In this document: positions 12,210 through 25,706 of the stretch, piece after piece
Layout: each line of letters opens with the position of its first letter
Numbering within the stretch: the first letter of the stretch is position 1
DNA from: Octopus bimaculoides
Taxonomy: Eukaryota
Assembly: GCF_001194135.2 (NCBI RefSeq)
Contig: NC_069010.1
Location: 2,428,597-2,492,596 of the forward strand
DNA length: 64,000 bases
Direction of reading: 5' to 3'
Made by a program: the position numbers and the translations under genes
Notes under the pieces: model-generated
Told to the model about the DNA's origin: nothing
Database searches by the model: none
What the model saw: the letters and a program-made list of their open reading frames with translations, nothing else

Positions 12210-12545
12210 TATATTGCCTTTCTGGCACTTGTACGCACAGCTGTGTAAGGAATTTCGAGCGAGATCGTTGCCAGTGCCCCTGGACTGGCTCTTGTGTGGG
12301 TGGCACATAAAATACACCATTTTGAGCGTGGCCGTTGCCAGTACTGCCTGACTGGCCCTCGTGCTGGTGACACGTAAAAGCACCCGCTACACTCTCGGAG
12401 TGGTTGGCGTTAGGAAGGGCATCCAGCTGTAGAAACTCTGCCAGATCAGATTGGAGCCTGGTGTAGCCATCTGGTTTCACCAGTCCTCAGTCAAATCGTC
12501 CAACCCATGCTAGCATGGAAAGCGGACGTTAAACGATGATGATGC
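12210..12545 (+). mobile_element. Family B, young copy
   Basis: Full 3' region with (GAT)n tail. Confidence 0.9.
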
Positions 12546-12546
12546 T

Positions 12547-12579
<33 letters not shown>

Positions 12580-12688
12580 CTCAAAAATTAAAAGAAGCAG
12601 GCTAGAACAAAAGTCAGTTAGATGTGCACAATGAATATATTAGGTTGATGCTCAGTGAAAGTTTTAGATGGAAGAAAGGAGTGGATAT

Positions 12689-12715
12689 GACGTTTCGAGT
12701 GTGGCCCTTCATCAG
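12689..12715 (-). other. Degenerate minimal hammerhead ribozyme core, typical of Penelope-like terminal repeats
   Basis: Minus strand CTGATGAAGGGCCACACTCGAAACGTC: CUGAUGA, 3-bp stem II, GAAA, palindromic ACGU and a GUC triplet. Stem I pairs poorly. Confidence 0.45.
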
Positions 12716-13189
12716 AAAATGGAAAAAAAGACTAGAGAGAAGAGGAGGAAAAAGCAGATAGTTCAGAGAAAAGCACGCATGTTGTTACATGACTTTTGTT
12801 GCTTTTTTATTTTTGATTTGCCTATTATCGCACACTTCTATCTACTGGTGACAATGATCTTGAGTATTTAATTCTTAGATTACATTATACCTTTGAATTC
12901 CCTTGGAGTATATCTATTCTGTAATATTGATTATATCTATATATATATAACCTCACATACACACATTGAATCTTTTGTATGTACCTACTCAGCTTTATGA
13001 ATGTAACATCTAGTGTGTATAGATGTTATATTGCCATAGCTACTGTTATGTGTATATAGTTTGTATTATGATAGTAGATATGTGTGTGCATGTGTCTTTT
13101 ATATACTCCTGTTGAAGTGTGTACAATACTGTATTATATTCTATTGAATTGGTTGAATATTATTGACTTGTAAGCTTCTAGTGTAGGTT

Positions 13190-13625
13190 AATAGTTATGT
13201 ACAATGTAGGTAGTGGTGGAGGTTAATAGTGATGGGTGATGTGGGTAGTGGTGGAGGTTAAAAGTTATGGGCAATGTGGGTAGTGGTGGAGGTTAATAGC
13301 TATGGGTAATGTGGGCAGTGGTGGAAGTAATAACTGGGTTGTGTGGGTAGCTGTGGTGGAAGTGTGGGCAGTGATAAGGCATCCATGGGTGGTAAAGGTA
13401 ATGGCTATAAGTAGTGGAGGTAATAGTTGTGGGTAGCAAGGGCAGTTAGGCTGGTAATAGCAGTAATTTGTGTAGACAGTGGGGATAGAAGTTAGTGGTG
13501 GAGGTAATAGCAGTGGGTAGTGTGGACAGCAATGTTGAAAGTAAAAACTGTGATAATAGTAATGCAGCTACTTTGGATAGTGTGTTAGTGGCAATGCTAC
13601 TGCTGTGGGTAGTGTGGTAGTGATG
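13190..13625. repeat. G-rich minisatellite, about 35-36 bp unit, decaying rightward
   Basis: GTAGTGGTGGAGGTTAATAG(T/C)(G/T)ATGGG(T/C)(G/A)ATGTGG repeated. Confidence 0.8.
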
Positions 13626-15794
13626 GATGGCATCGAAATGAAATGGAAATTGTGGAACTTTGTGGGCAGTCAAACCATGTGTCACAGACCTCATGACTAT
13701 GTTTTATAGTGGAGGTTGGGACTCCTGTCTCAGTTAAGTATTGTGAGACTGGAGGGTTTTATTTTTGATTTTTTTACTTTTGGTTTCTTTTATTGGTTCA
13801 GTAGCAAAGTTGAGGTCCCAGCTTCATGGCTTTTTCCTTGTTTCTCTGGACTCGGGCATTTTGTCAGCTGCATATTTTGTTGATCCTGTATGAGACATAG
13901 AGGGACACAAATTTCAGTGGAACTAAATATTTTGTTTATTCATTTCATACTGATAGCCTGGTGTAGCCATTTGGTTTCACCAGACCTCAGTCAAATCGTC
14001 TAACCCATGCTAGCATGGAAAGCGGATGTTAAACGACGACGACAATGATGATGATGATATCATCATCCTATATTATATTGTCCAATTTTCCATACTCATA
14101 TGGGTTGGACAGTGTTTTCCTGAGATAGATTTTCTTTGGTCAGCCTGGAGCTGTAGTAGAAGACACTTGCCCTGGATGCCATGCAGTGGGACTAAACTCA
14201 ATACTTCAGTTGGGAAGCAAACTTCCTAATTATACAGCCACACCTGCGTCTATTTTTTATTTCTTGTTTTGATCATTGGACTGTAGTGTCCACTGTCTTG
14301 TAGTGTTTAGTCAAATTAAACTCAGAACTTTTTTAAGGCTGGTATTCATTCTGTCAGCTCCATTTTGTTGAACTGCTAAATTACAAGGATGTAAATAAAC
14401 CAACACCAGTTATCAGGTGGTGGTGGTGGAGGACAAACACAGATGCACACAGAAATATATATATATATATACAATAGCTTCTTTCAGTTTCCATTTACTA
14501 AATCTTCTCAAGGCTTTAATCAGTCCAGGGCTGTAGTAGAAGACACTTGTCTAAGGTGCCATGCAGTGGATTAAACCTGTAACCATGTTGGGAAGCAAAC
14601 TTCTTAACCACATACACATGCAAACATATTTGCCATGACACAATGTGAGGTTTGGTTAATTATTGTGCTTGCACTATCAGGTTAAAGTAAGCTCCTTCAA
14701 CTAGTACTTTAATAAGGTCCCATACAGTTGGGATCACACCTAGGATCTTGTGATTGCAAAGTAGACTTTGTAGACATTCAGCTACACACGTGTGTGAATA
14801 GAGTGCCTGCTCAGTTTTTGTCTAGCTAATTTCACTCATAAGGATTTGGTTGACTTAGGGCATGGTAGAAGTTGCCACAGAATGGGATAGAATCTGGAGC
14901 CATGTGGTTGGTCATGGAGTAAACTTCTTAACTATAAAACCATATTGACAAAGGAGGTTTTGGTATGAAATACTGGGGCATGATTTCATTTACATGAATG
15001 GGAATTGTGCATCCTTTCAAGCTTATTCCAAATATTGTTGTTTATCTCCAAGAGTCCCTACTGTGACTAACCCACTTTTAAAATAAAATTTTAGTGTGTG
15101 TCCTCTTTGTGAATTATAAGAGATTGGTTGCTGTCTAACTCCATGTTGAAGTTTTGGAGTTTCTTTTACTGCTGGGTAACCATCTCAAATATGAGTGAGC
15201 TAGACAGATGAAAGTGCTGCTGTATGGTTGCTGAACCTTTTAGCATAGCAACAGCAGCTGTCTATTTTCCCTTTGATTCACACTTCACCCTCTGGAGAAA
15301 GAAAAATAAAGAAGAAATATTGTGAATGTCAACTCTGTGGCAGTATGACTGAAAAAGGGGTGGGTTATCTTAGTTGGAGTATTGGTGAAATTAGAGAAAA
15401 TTTTGAAAGAATGGCCTATCCAAGGAGCTAGATATGGAGGTTTTCTGTAAGGTCTGTTTGATCAGAACTGAGCCACAATATTTGCATGATGTGAGACTAA
15501 TAATATATTCAGTAATATGGATTGGAGTATATAGCATTATATCCTCATCATCATTGTTTTATGTCTTCTTTCCATGCTGGCATAGTTGGACAGGTCATCA
15601 CTATCCATATTGGCTGCCACTTGACGATCTGTACAAACCGACATGAAGATATTGTCTTAAACAGCTTAGTGGACCATCTGTTGCTTGTAGATTTGATAAT
15701 TAGATTTGATCAAAGTTGTAATCTAACATCTTTCAACTTTGTATTCACGTGTTTCATTTTATGTTTTTGTTCTGTTTTGTTGAAGTAAGCTCTA

Positions 15795-16398
15795 AGCTAA
15801 CCCATGATTGAAGATATTTCAGCTGTGACTATCCTACTTTTTTTTATTTGGCTCGAAATCGAAATTGAACCAAATTTGACGACTGGCACCCATGCCAACC
15901 TTCCTTCATTGGACACTAAACTCAGCTTGCGATGACCTGTTGAGGCAAATGAGATCGAAACTGAACCAAATTTGATGACTGGCAAGGGTGGAGCACTAAC
16001 AGCACCATCCAAGCGGAATCACTGCCAGAGCAGCGGTCTGGCTCCCGTGCCAGTGGCACGTAAAAAGCACCATTTGAGAGTGATCATTTGCAGCTTCGGC
16101 TTACTGGCACTTGTGCCGGTGGCATGTGAACAAAACATTAGACTGACTCCTGTGCAGGTGGCACGTAAAAAACACCATTTTAGTGTGGCCGTTACCAGTA
16201 CCACCGGACTGGTCCTCGTGCCAGCGGCACATAAAAAGCACCCACTACACTCTTGAAGTGGTTGGCATTAGGAAGGGCATCCAGCTGTAAAAACTCTGCC
16301 AGATCAGATTGGAGTCTAGTGTAGCCATCTGGTTCGCCAGTCCCCATTCAAATCGTCCAACCCATGCTAGCATGGAAAGCGGACGTTAAATGATGATG
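15795..16398 (+). mobile_element. Family B, long copy
   Basis: Extended 5' region plus conserved 3' end. Confidence 0.85.
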
Positions 16399-17878
16399 TG
16401 TATTTAGGATGCATTTTCAAATCAAATATGTCCTTCCTTCTTAAGATTTTATAAAGTAGATTGTTAGTGGTTATTTGAGACTGTCTCTTTGGTTCTTGTT
16501 GGCAGTACTTGTTTGATCCTAGTCAATTCTGATTTGAGTAGCTTTATGATCAAAAACCTTTTGTACATTTTAATTAGACACACTATTCAATGTATTGGCA
16601 AACTATGATAAACATTCTGACTGTGACCATTCTGTCTTATTCAGACATTGTAGCTAGGTCACATTATGCAGTATATCCCCTTTTTTAACATTGTAGAGTA
16701 TAAATTAAGGTAGATTTGGCTGTTACTTCTAATAGTTTTAAGTAGTCAGTGTAAATAAGTTACATGTTCTCGTTGGCTTGTAAATGTTCCCTTTAATTTT
16801 TCCTAACAACTGAATGGAACCTTCAGTGATTTGAGCAAAAGTATTTCAAATCCTAGGCATTCAAACTTTTATGCACTTTAGCAAGCATATGCTTGTAAAT
16901 TTAAATGAGTGATAACATTTGAAGTGCGCAGCACCAATATAGTCACTTTTAGGCTGTGCATCCATATGGCTTGGATAACATGTTGCTTGCAGTTTATTTA
17001 TAATTGAGTAGGTAACTTGAGAAAATGCTTTTAACTGCTCACACACTATCATCATTATCATTTAATGTCTATATTCTATACTAGCAATGAGTTGGGCAGT
17101 TTAACAGGATCTGATGAGCCAGAGGGCTGCACTGAGCAAGGTTTCTGTGGTTGGATATCCTTCCTAATGCCAACTATTTTACAGAGTATACTGGCTGCTT
17201 TTTTCTTGTCACTTGCTTAAGTGAGGTTGCCAAGTAACTTGCAAGAAGACAAGACCCCCATTGATTGTGTGGGAACGGAGCAGTGTTGAAAGAGGTGGGC
17301 CAAGAAGCTGTCTGTAGGACCCTTGTCATCTTTACAGATGACTTGTATGGTGAAAAGTTGCACACTGTTAGCCATACTTGTTCATGACCATCTTCAATCC
17401 ATGGCAAGACTAGGTCAAGATGATTGGAGAAGGAGATGGATGCAGTGAGTGACCAAGATGTTTTATTTGCCTCATCTTGCTATCTGCACTCCACAATGTG
17501 TTGCTGCAGCTGCCTTCCCTTCCATTGAGCCATGAAGGTTTCTTTTGCAGAATCCACTGGATCTAGTCTTCATGTGTGTAGATAGACAAGCCCTAATATA
17601 CTAATGAACACATAGCTGGGACACAAGCAGGAAAAGCGGAAAGTGTAGTGGAGAATAAGTATCAGGGTGCACATTCTCAGGAAGGTGGATAAAGAGAAAA
17701 TTGGGACTGAGAATCAAAGATGGCTTAGTGGGTAGGGTTGCAAGTGTGTAAAAGGAGATTTGAACATGGATGGAAGATGGACAATGGTGAACCTCTGGAA
17801 GAATTTGACAAGTAGGGGTGTATCATGGAGGAGTATGTAATTGGTAATGAATAAATAAAAAAGTTACAGATATATATA

Positions 17879-17963
17879 GGCGCAGGAGTGGCTGTGTGGT
17901 AAGTAGCTTGCTTACCAACCACATGGTGCCGGGTTCAGTCCCACTGCGTGGCACCTTGGGCAA
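17879..17963 (+). mobile_element. SINE family A head, cut by N gap
   Basis: GGCGCAGGAGTGGCTGTGTGGTAAG...GGTTCAGTCCC. Confidence 0.85.
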
Positions 17964-18517
17964 NNNNNNNNNNNNNNNNNNNNNNNNNNNNNNNNNNNNN
18001 NNNNNNNNNNNNNNNNNNNNNNNNNNNNNNNNNNNNNNNNNNNNNNNNNNNNNNNNNNNNNNNNNNNNNNNNNNNNNNNNNNNNNNNNNNNNNNNNNNNN
18101 NNNNNNNNNNNNNNNNNNNNNNNNNNNNNNNNNNNNNNNNNNNNNNNNNNNNNNNNNNNNNNNNNNNNNNNNNNNNNNNNNNNNNNNNNNNNNNNNNNNN
18201 NNNNNNNNNNNNNNNNNNNNNNNNNNNNNNNNNNNNNNNNNNNNNNNNNNNNNNNNNNNNNNNNNNNNNNNNNNNNNNNNNNNNNNNNNNNNNNNNNNNN
18301 NNNNNNNNNNNNNNNNNNNNNNNNNNNNNNNNNNNNNNNNNNNNNNNNNNNNNNNNNNNNNNNNNNNNNNNNNNNNNNNNNNNNNNNNNNNNNNNNNNNN
18401 NNNNNNNNNNNNNNNNNNNNNNNNNNNNNNNNNNNNNNNNNNNNNNNNNNNNNNNNNNNNNNNNNNNNNNNNNNNNNNNNNNNNNNNNNNNNNNNNNNNN
18501 NNNNNNNNNNNNNNNNN

Positions 18518-18880
18518 TTTAACGTCCGCTTTCCATGCTAGCATGGGTTGGACGATTTGACTGAGGACTGGTGAAACCGGATGGTAACATAGCCTCCAAT
18601 CTGATTTGGCAGAGTTTCTACAGCTGGATGCCCTTCCTAACGCCAACCACTCAGAGAGTGTAGTGGGTGCTTTTACGTGTCACCTGCACGAAGGCCAGTC
18701 AGGCGGTACTGGCAATGGCCACGCTCAAAATGGTGTATTTTATGTGCCACCCGCACAAGAGCCAGTCCAGGGGCACTGGCAACGATCTCACTCGAAAATC
18801 CCTACACATGTCACGGGCACAAGTGCCAGAAAGGCAACGCTGGGCGCCATCCCGATTTTGCTACTCGCTTGCCCCAATAA
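18518..18880 (-). mobile_element. Family B, reverse copy
   Basis: Matches 26806-27315. Confidence 0.9.
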
Positions 18881-20589
18881 GTCTTTGTAAGCTGATAAGT
18901 CTTTCGACGTTGTAAACTAGATTATTTTTTAAAAATCATTGAGATATATGGGACAAGTATATAAAGCATTCATATTATTGGAAATATGTGAAATAGGCAA
19001 AGGAATCTTTGATTGTGTGAGGAGTAGGGGACATTTTTTTTGTGCCGACATATAGTTTATTCATGTGTGAACTGTATAGCTACATAGCTAAATGAATAAT
19101 TTCAATAACCGGATTGGATTAGTTTTATTGAAACAAGACAAATGTTCACTACCGTATGAGGTGGTGTTTGTCATCTTTTGTTAAGGTTTTAATGTTACTT
19201 GTATATTAATTTAAACATTTAGCTTTTAGATTACTGTGTCAAATGAATAAATAATGTATTATCTTGTAGCTTCAAGATTTCGATGATGTGATTATTTATT
19301 TTGAGAATGACATTGTAAGGTATGTGTAAGATGGTGAATCTATCCATTTTGAACATAAAACAGGTAAAATATTTTGCCCTCATATGGCTGGTTTAAATGC
19401 CAAAGGATTAAAGTAGCTCTTTGTCAGCCTTGATCACAGAGCCATCTATTTTTCAGATATAGTACAACTCATTGCATTACACAATGTGACCTTCCTCTTT
19501 TAATATTATACAATTACATTTGAGGGAATTTGGCTGTGATTTCTAGTAGTTTGATAAACCACCTAGAGATTATCCTTTTAGGAGTGAAGAATAACAAAAA
19601 AGAATATCCAGCTATGATCACCCCATTGCTTTTTCAGACACAATACACTTTGTTACATTATCCAATGCAACCTTTTAATATGGTAGGGTTACATTTGAAG
19701 GAGATTTGGCTGCTATTTCATGCGGATTGATAAATCATGTAGAGGTTCTTTTGTTCGGGATGAGGGACAGCTTTTTAATGAGATTTGAAATGTTTTTCTG
19801 CTTTCATTATTTAAATTTTAATGTTTCTTTCCAATTAGTATTTTTATGTAGGTGAGTTGCTTGACAACCCAGATGGAGTAAGACATAGGACCACATAGAG
19901 GGCTCAATTGTAATTAAATGGTTTACGTTAAGGATGGGGTAGTGGTGAAACTTCCTTACACAGCGTGATATCGATTGATAATTGAAGCCATTTCATTTCA
20001 CCTATGCTTCAAAAACATAATATTTGTCTAAAATATTGTTTATTACAACTTCAACATTGTTAATGGGTGTTTTTGTAGATAGAGAAGAAATTTATGACTA
20101 TTTGCCAGTTTGTGTGTAGTTTATTGATGTATAAAGTGGGATTTTGACCTTGATATATGTAGATTAGGAGGGTTGGCTTAAACTGCAGCTTCATTTCATC
20201 TGGCACGCTGACTTTATTGAATATGTTGCATACAAAGTTTTTGTTTTCTTTATTCTTGGTTAGTGAATAATAAAGTTGAGTATTGAAAGAGAGAGAAAAT
20301 GTCTCCTTTCTGTGATGACTTCAAATTATCATCATTGTTTTTGTTTGCATTTCCATGCTCAGATGGGTTGGACAGAATTTACTGAGGTAAACTTTCTATA
20401 GCTCTTGTTATTGCCGCACCTTAGTTCTTTCCAAGTGAGGCAGTATTTCTCCATGGCCAGGTATATTTTCATGGAAGATTGGAAACAGACATCGCTTGTA
20501 CTCCACCCGTACTCATTTATAAGTCTTTAGTGAAGTTGAGACAGGGTAATGACAACATATACACATAACTAGCTTTTTCCAGTTTCTGC

Positions 20590-21420
20590 CTACCAAAACC
20601 TTGAAGCCCTCACTCCTCAGTGACCTCTGGTATGATTTTCTTCAGAACCAGATCCACTGGTGACCTTATTGTATGTCACTCACTAGTGAGCTCTTACTTC
20701 AGATAAGTTTTGTGAAAGTAGTAGTGTTGTTGTTGTATTCCCCAGGGTTTAATTTTGTTCCTATTCTTTTCTTTCTATATATCAATGACTTGCTACTGTA
20801 TCCAACAATTCCCATTCTCACACAGTTAATGTAACCGTTTCTTTCCAATTTTACCCTGCCATGTCTTATCCACATACAGCCTTGACATATCAAACCAAAT
20901 TTACATTGATTCCATAAATGGAGATCTTGAAAATATCTTTCACTGGAGCTTTGCTAACCTGATTCTAACAACGAAACAGCTCAAGCACTACTCATATTAA
21001 AACTCCATCACATCACACCACCACTAAATATGAGTTTGCAGTTGGTCCAAAAGCTAGGTTTCACTATATTTGAGGATTTCTTGTGGTAAAAGCACATCCT
21101 TATCACAGGACTGCATCCCAAAGACTGGCCTTTCTCTTGAGGATTAGAAAATATTTTGACTTCCAACAGATGCTAACATTCTACAAGGTTCAAGTGAGGC
21201 TCACAATGGTGTCCTGTTCACACATTTCGGACAGTGCTACTGCTATGCACACAGACATTTCTGGACTGCCTTCAGAGAAGGGTTACTTGATTGACTGACA
21301 TTCAGTCACTAATGGATATACTCAAGTCTCTGGCCCATAAGTGTGCTATCGTGTCTGAGTTGGTACACAGTAGGTTAAACTCCTTGGCTACTATAGACTA
21401 TTGCCCTATTGGTACTCTTT
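20590..21420 (+). mobile_element. Decayed LINE reverse transcriptase C-terminal region (CR1/L2/Jockey-like)
   Basis: GIPQG-like motif near 20740; track ORF 21083..21298 (ASQRLAFLLRIRKYFDFQQMLTFYKVQVRLTMVSCSHI) resembles LINE RT C-termini. Confidence 0.7.
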
Positions 21421-23463
21421 TTGACCACTGGTACTCTTTTTTGGTACTTGACCACTGGTACTCTTTTTGTTCTTTTATTAGTTTCAGTCATTGATTTGTG
21501 TTCATGTTCGGATATCACAATTTTAAGTGTTTTACTTGATTTATGGCAATTCCTATATTTTTTGTTTGTACCCATTTTATTAATTGTTATTAACTACTTA
21601 ATTCTGCTATTCTCTGAAGTTATGCACAAACATGACAGGCTTCTGTACAGTTTCTGGGTACTAAATGTCAGCACAAGGATTTGAACCCTTGAGAGAAGAC
21701 ACTCCAAAGTACAGAGAGATTGAATGGGAAACCTCATGGCTGCGAAGTTAACCACTTTTAATTGACAATTTATTTTTAAATCGTTGTAATATTGATTACT
21801 TTTTCCACAAAATTTATTGTTGGCAACAGTAGATGTTTACATATCTGTAGGGTTTGTTTTCCTGTAAAATCCCATGAATATGGAGAAGTTCATTGCCAGA
21901 TGACACCAGTTTTGCCAACAGCTTATTTTTTAGCTGTTGCTGTTGTTTCTGTAGTTCATCATCATTAATTTAACCTTAGGAAAGTTTTATTATTTATGTT
22001 TAAATACACTGCTTTGGATTCAATTATTAAAGCTGGTATTTGTAGCATATGTTCATGCTGATATATAACATGACATTTTGATGGTTTAAATTTAGATTAC
22101 TTTAAACCAGGAAGTTTGTATTTTAGAAGCAGGGTTAGGCTCAGGTGAGTTGGAATCAAAAAAGTTAAAGGGACTAGCTGTAGTCTCAAGCAAGGTGGTA
22201 TTAAATGAAACTTAGTAGTTTTATTATACAGCTTTTCCCCTTACCATCCCTAACAACAAACATTTCTGTGGTTGGATATGTTTTTGTGGCTGATTGCAAA
22301 AACAGTGGTTTGTTTTTATGCAGACATTTTCAAGACAGTCGGTTAACATGCACAGTGGACTTTCTACATTTTCTACCTACAAGTTCTTATAAGGCATTGG
22401 TCAGTCTCAGGCAAAACAGAAGGCCCCTCTTCACACTGCAATAGAAACACCTGAAACCATGTGGTTGTGATTATGGTTATGATTATTAACACTTATTTTG
22501 CTAATGAAATTTTGCCTGCCATTAGTATCATTTGATGTCTGTTTTATGTTGGGTTGGACTAGTCTTCTCCAAGTAAGGCATCTCTCCACTTGTTGCTGTC
22601 TTTTCTGACCTCCTTTGTGGAGTTCAGCATCTTTAAGTCAGTCAGCTTTCCCCACTTCTTTGGTTTTCCTCTTTGCTTTTGTCCCCCCCCCCCTTTTTTT
22701 TTTCTGTATTGGCCAGCTGTCATATATATATTACATGTCTGTTACCAGCACATCTAATTTCTTTTGTGTGTGTGTGTTCCAATGAATTTTGAACTCTGTC
22801 TGAACGAAATACTGCAAAGTGACTAGCTTGAATTGTGCCAAAGGTTGTTGTAATTGTAGACCCACCCATCCAATAATTTGAATTTAAAAATAATTATAAA
22901 TGAGGCGAATAAAATGACTGAAATAGGATTCAACTTTCTTTTTTAATATTTCTATTGAATAACATAGCTTTTATTTTACTTAATGTTGAAAATAAGGAAT
23001 TCAGTAAAATAACCTTGTCATTATTAAGTTGGTGTTTGGAACATATTTTAACATGAAATTTTGGAAGGTGTATTTTTCTTTAATTTGTATCACTTTAAAA
23101 ACAGGAACTTTATATCTTAAAACCAAGGTGTCAAAAAGTTTATGATATGTAATAGAAGGATTTGGAAACTGTCATATGGCTAAAATATTTCTATTTGAAC
23201 AGAAATTAACATGAAATTTTCAGTTCACTTTAAAATTGGAATTTTACTTCATAGAAGTAGAGTCAGTATTAGGTGATGGTGATTAATTTTGGGGAAAACA
23301 ATTTAGTTAGAAATCTTATAATTCTGCCATTGCTCCCCATCTTCTTTCTCCCCACCCCTCTCACCTCTTTCTGTCTCATATGCCAACTTTATTGTTAGAA
23401 ATCTTAACTAATTTCTGTTTTTTCTTTTCTATTTCAGCTTGAAAAATATTGCAATAAGCAGTG

Positions 23464-23517
23464 ATGGCCGACGATTTTGATGTTGAAGCTATGCTGGAAG
23501 CTCCTTATAGGAAAGAA
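23464..23517 (+). CDS. RBM39: RBM39/Caper-family splicing factor, first coding exon (exon 23438-23517; CDS MADDFDVEAMLEAPYRKE)
   Basis: The translation closely matches the RBM39/RBM23 N-terminus as I recall it (human RBM39 MADDIDIEAMLEAPYKK). Polypyrimidine tract plus TTTCAG acceptor ends at 23437, ATG is at 23464, and a phase-0 donor GAA|GTAAGC is at 23518. Confidence 0.93.
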
Positions 23518-24148
23518 GTAAGCATAATAATAATAATAATAATATCAAAGTAACGTTATATGTTAAAGCATACAGCTTGATGGCAGAAACTTAAAACTAC
23601 TTAAACAACAGGATATCCTTTCAAATAATGTCACAATTTTATTTTTTTATTAAGTAAATGTGTGCTCCAAAATCTACCTACCCAGCCTATAACGTATACA
23701 TACACATGCACACCCATGAAGTTTGTCATTGAAAAATTAAAATTCGACCTTCTTATCAGATGGTGGTGAGGGTTGGGTGGAAGTTGGTAGGGTCAGTATT
23801 GAATGTTCTGCACTACTTAACATTTTAATGATTTACTGGTCCAAATATCTCGGTTTTATGATGTGCAACTAGTAACTTAAGCCTATTCATTTTATAGTTT
23901 CCCTCTGCCCCACTAACTTTGAGGTCCCTTTATTTAGCATGTGTTGATAGTGTTTTTGTTGAGAGATCTTGTGATGACTCCCTTGGCTCAATTATTCATT
24001 GGTCTCTGTCACCTCATTCTGGGTGGATTTCAGCCCAGCTGTAGTAAATTACAAAATAACACAGTTGCTTGTTACCCAATAATAATCTGCTGTTGTTTAC
24101 AGCTGTGAACTGTACCTCCTTAGGGTACTTGTTTACAATTAGATAAAC

Positions 24149-24531
24149 TTAAATTCAAATTACGACAAACGTAAATAAACAAACGAAGTTTGCTTTTAGA
24201 AGCGTTGAGATGTCTTAGAAAGTTAAAGAAGTGATTTTTTAAATTCTCAATCGCAGAATAATGCTAATAATATAGCCTGAACAGGATAAACTACCCCTAT
24301 TTTGCAGAGAAAAGTATAGATGGCTAGCTGTGGACATGAACTCGCATCCCCGTGATTACGTGTCACGATGCTTTGACCGATTAAGCTAAACTACCCACTA
24401 CAAATTCCTCTGCAAATTTAAGCTATATAAATCTCGCTTTATGAGACGCTCTCATATGTTAAATTCAAATTACGACAAACATAAATAAACAAACGAAGTT
24501 TGCTTTTAGAAGCGTTGAGATGTCTTAGAAA
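24149..24531. repeat. 73-bp direct repeat pair (24149-24221 and 24459-24531), period 310 bp
   Basis: TTAAATTCAAATTACGACAAAC[G/A]TAAATAAACAAACGAAGTTTGCTTTTAGAAGCGTTGAGATGTCTTAGAAA occurs twice with one mismatch. Confidence 0.95.
24321..24396 (-). pseudogene. tRNA-like gene, probably a tRNA-Thr(CGT) pseudogene
   Basis: Minus strand reads GGGTAGTTTAGCTTAATCGGTCAAAGCATCGTGACACGTAATCACGGGGATGCGAGTTCATGTCCACAGCTAGCCA. D stem GCTT/AAGC, anticodon stem CGTGA/TCACG around CACGTAA, 6 of 7 acceptor pairs, TTTT 7 nt downstream. T stem is broken and U33 is replaced by A. Confidence 0.55.
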
Positions 24532-25706
24532 CTTAATTGTTGAATATTAGGGTATCTTTGCAGTGAATACTGTTGGTGTTGGAACACGATCTGTAGACAT
24601 TCTTTGACTAATAAACCTGCAGTACACTAGGCTAGCATACCATTTGAACTAGGAATTCTTTAAAAATGTTCAGTCACACTTGAAGTTGTTTGTGTATGAT
24701 AGTAGGATGTACTTAGTGTCTTAGTTGAACCTACAAGATCCATACATACATATACACTAGTTATAACTGTCTAAATGTCTTTATATTTACCAACTTCCTC
24801 TATTAATTTGCCAAAACTTTGAAATACTTTGGTCCTGTTTGAATATTTGTTGATAAAAAAAAAAAATCAATATCTGAGAATAATAGTTTTCCTCACTAGC
24901 TCCCTCTTCCACTCCAATGTTACCTCTGTTGATTGCTATCCTCTGAGCAATAGCCATGTATTAGTATTTCACATTTCAATTCTCAGATTCTAGATGTTCG
25001 TGCTTACTGAAAATATTAAATATCTGTTTGTGTGTGTGTATGTATGTATGTATGTATAAAATCTCTTACTATACTCAATATTATATCATTGATATGAACA
25101 TTAATGTCATAATAGTGCTCTAAATACATTGAGATAGAAATAATTAAAATATGTATGCAGTTGAACACCTAAAGAGCTTCTTTTTTTTTATCCCTAGTAC
25201 TCTGGATAATATTCTGAAAGTGTTACGGCACACTATCAGCTTTTGTTATATAAATATAAAGATTCCCCTTTGGTATTAATACTGCTTGTGTCACTATTTT
25301 TCTTTCTAATAAGCCTGTTGGCCTTTGGCAATGTCAGTGCCTAAAAAAATACTGAAGTTCTATAGTTGACACTGAGATTCAGCTGTTATACAAACCACTG
25401 CTGAAGAGACTAGGTAGGCTGAAATCACATGATCTGGCAGTTCTGATGTGTGTAACAGATGATTCTTGTCTGCCAATGATATAAATATAAGTGCTTTTAT
25501 GCACCAGGTGTCCAAGAGAAGTCTTCTCAGGGTAAACAATGCAGTATTTGGTGTTCTAACAAAATATCCACATAAAGTTGGATATCAAAATTGCCTTTTG
25601 GCATTAATACTGCTTCTGTCACTATTAATTACTGTATTACAATTGTTTTAAATCAGATGTGCACACCCATTGCATTTAGCTATAAAGGAATATGCATGCT
25701 CTAATG

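Noticed and set aside
17896-18646. Long ORFs of 190-280 aa (also 50376-51215 and 54131-54640)
   Set aside because: Made almost entirely of N-gap codons.
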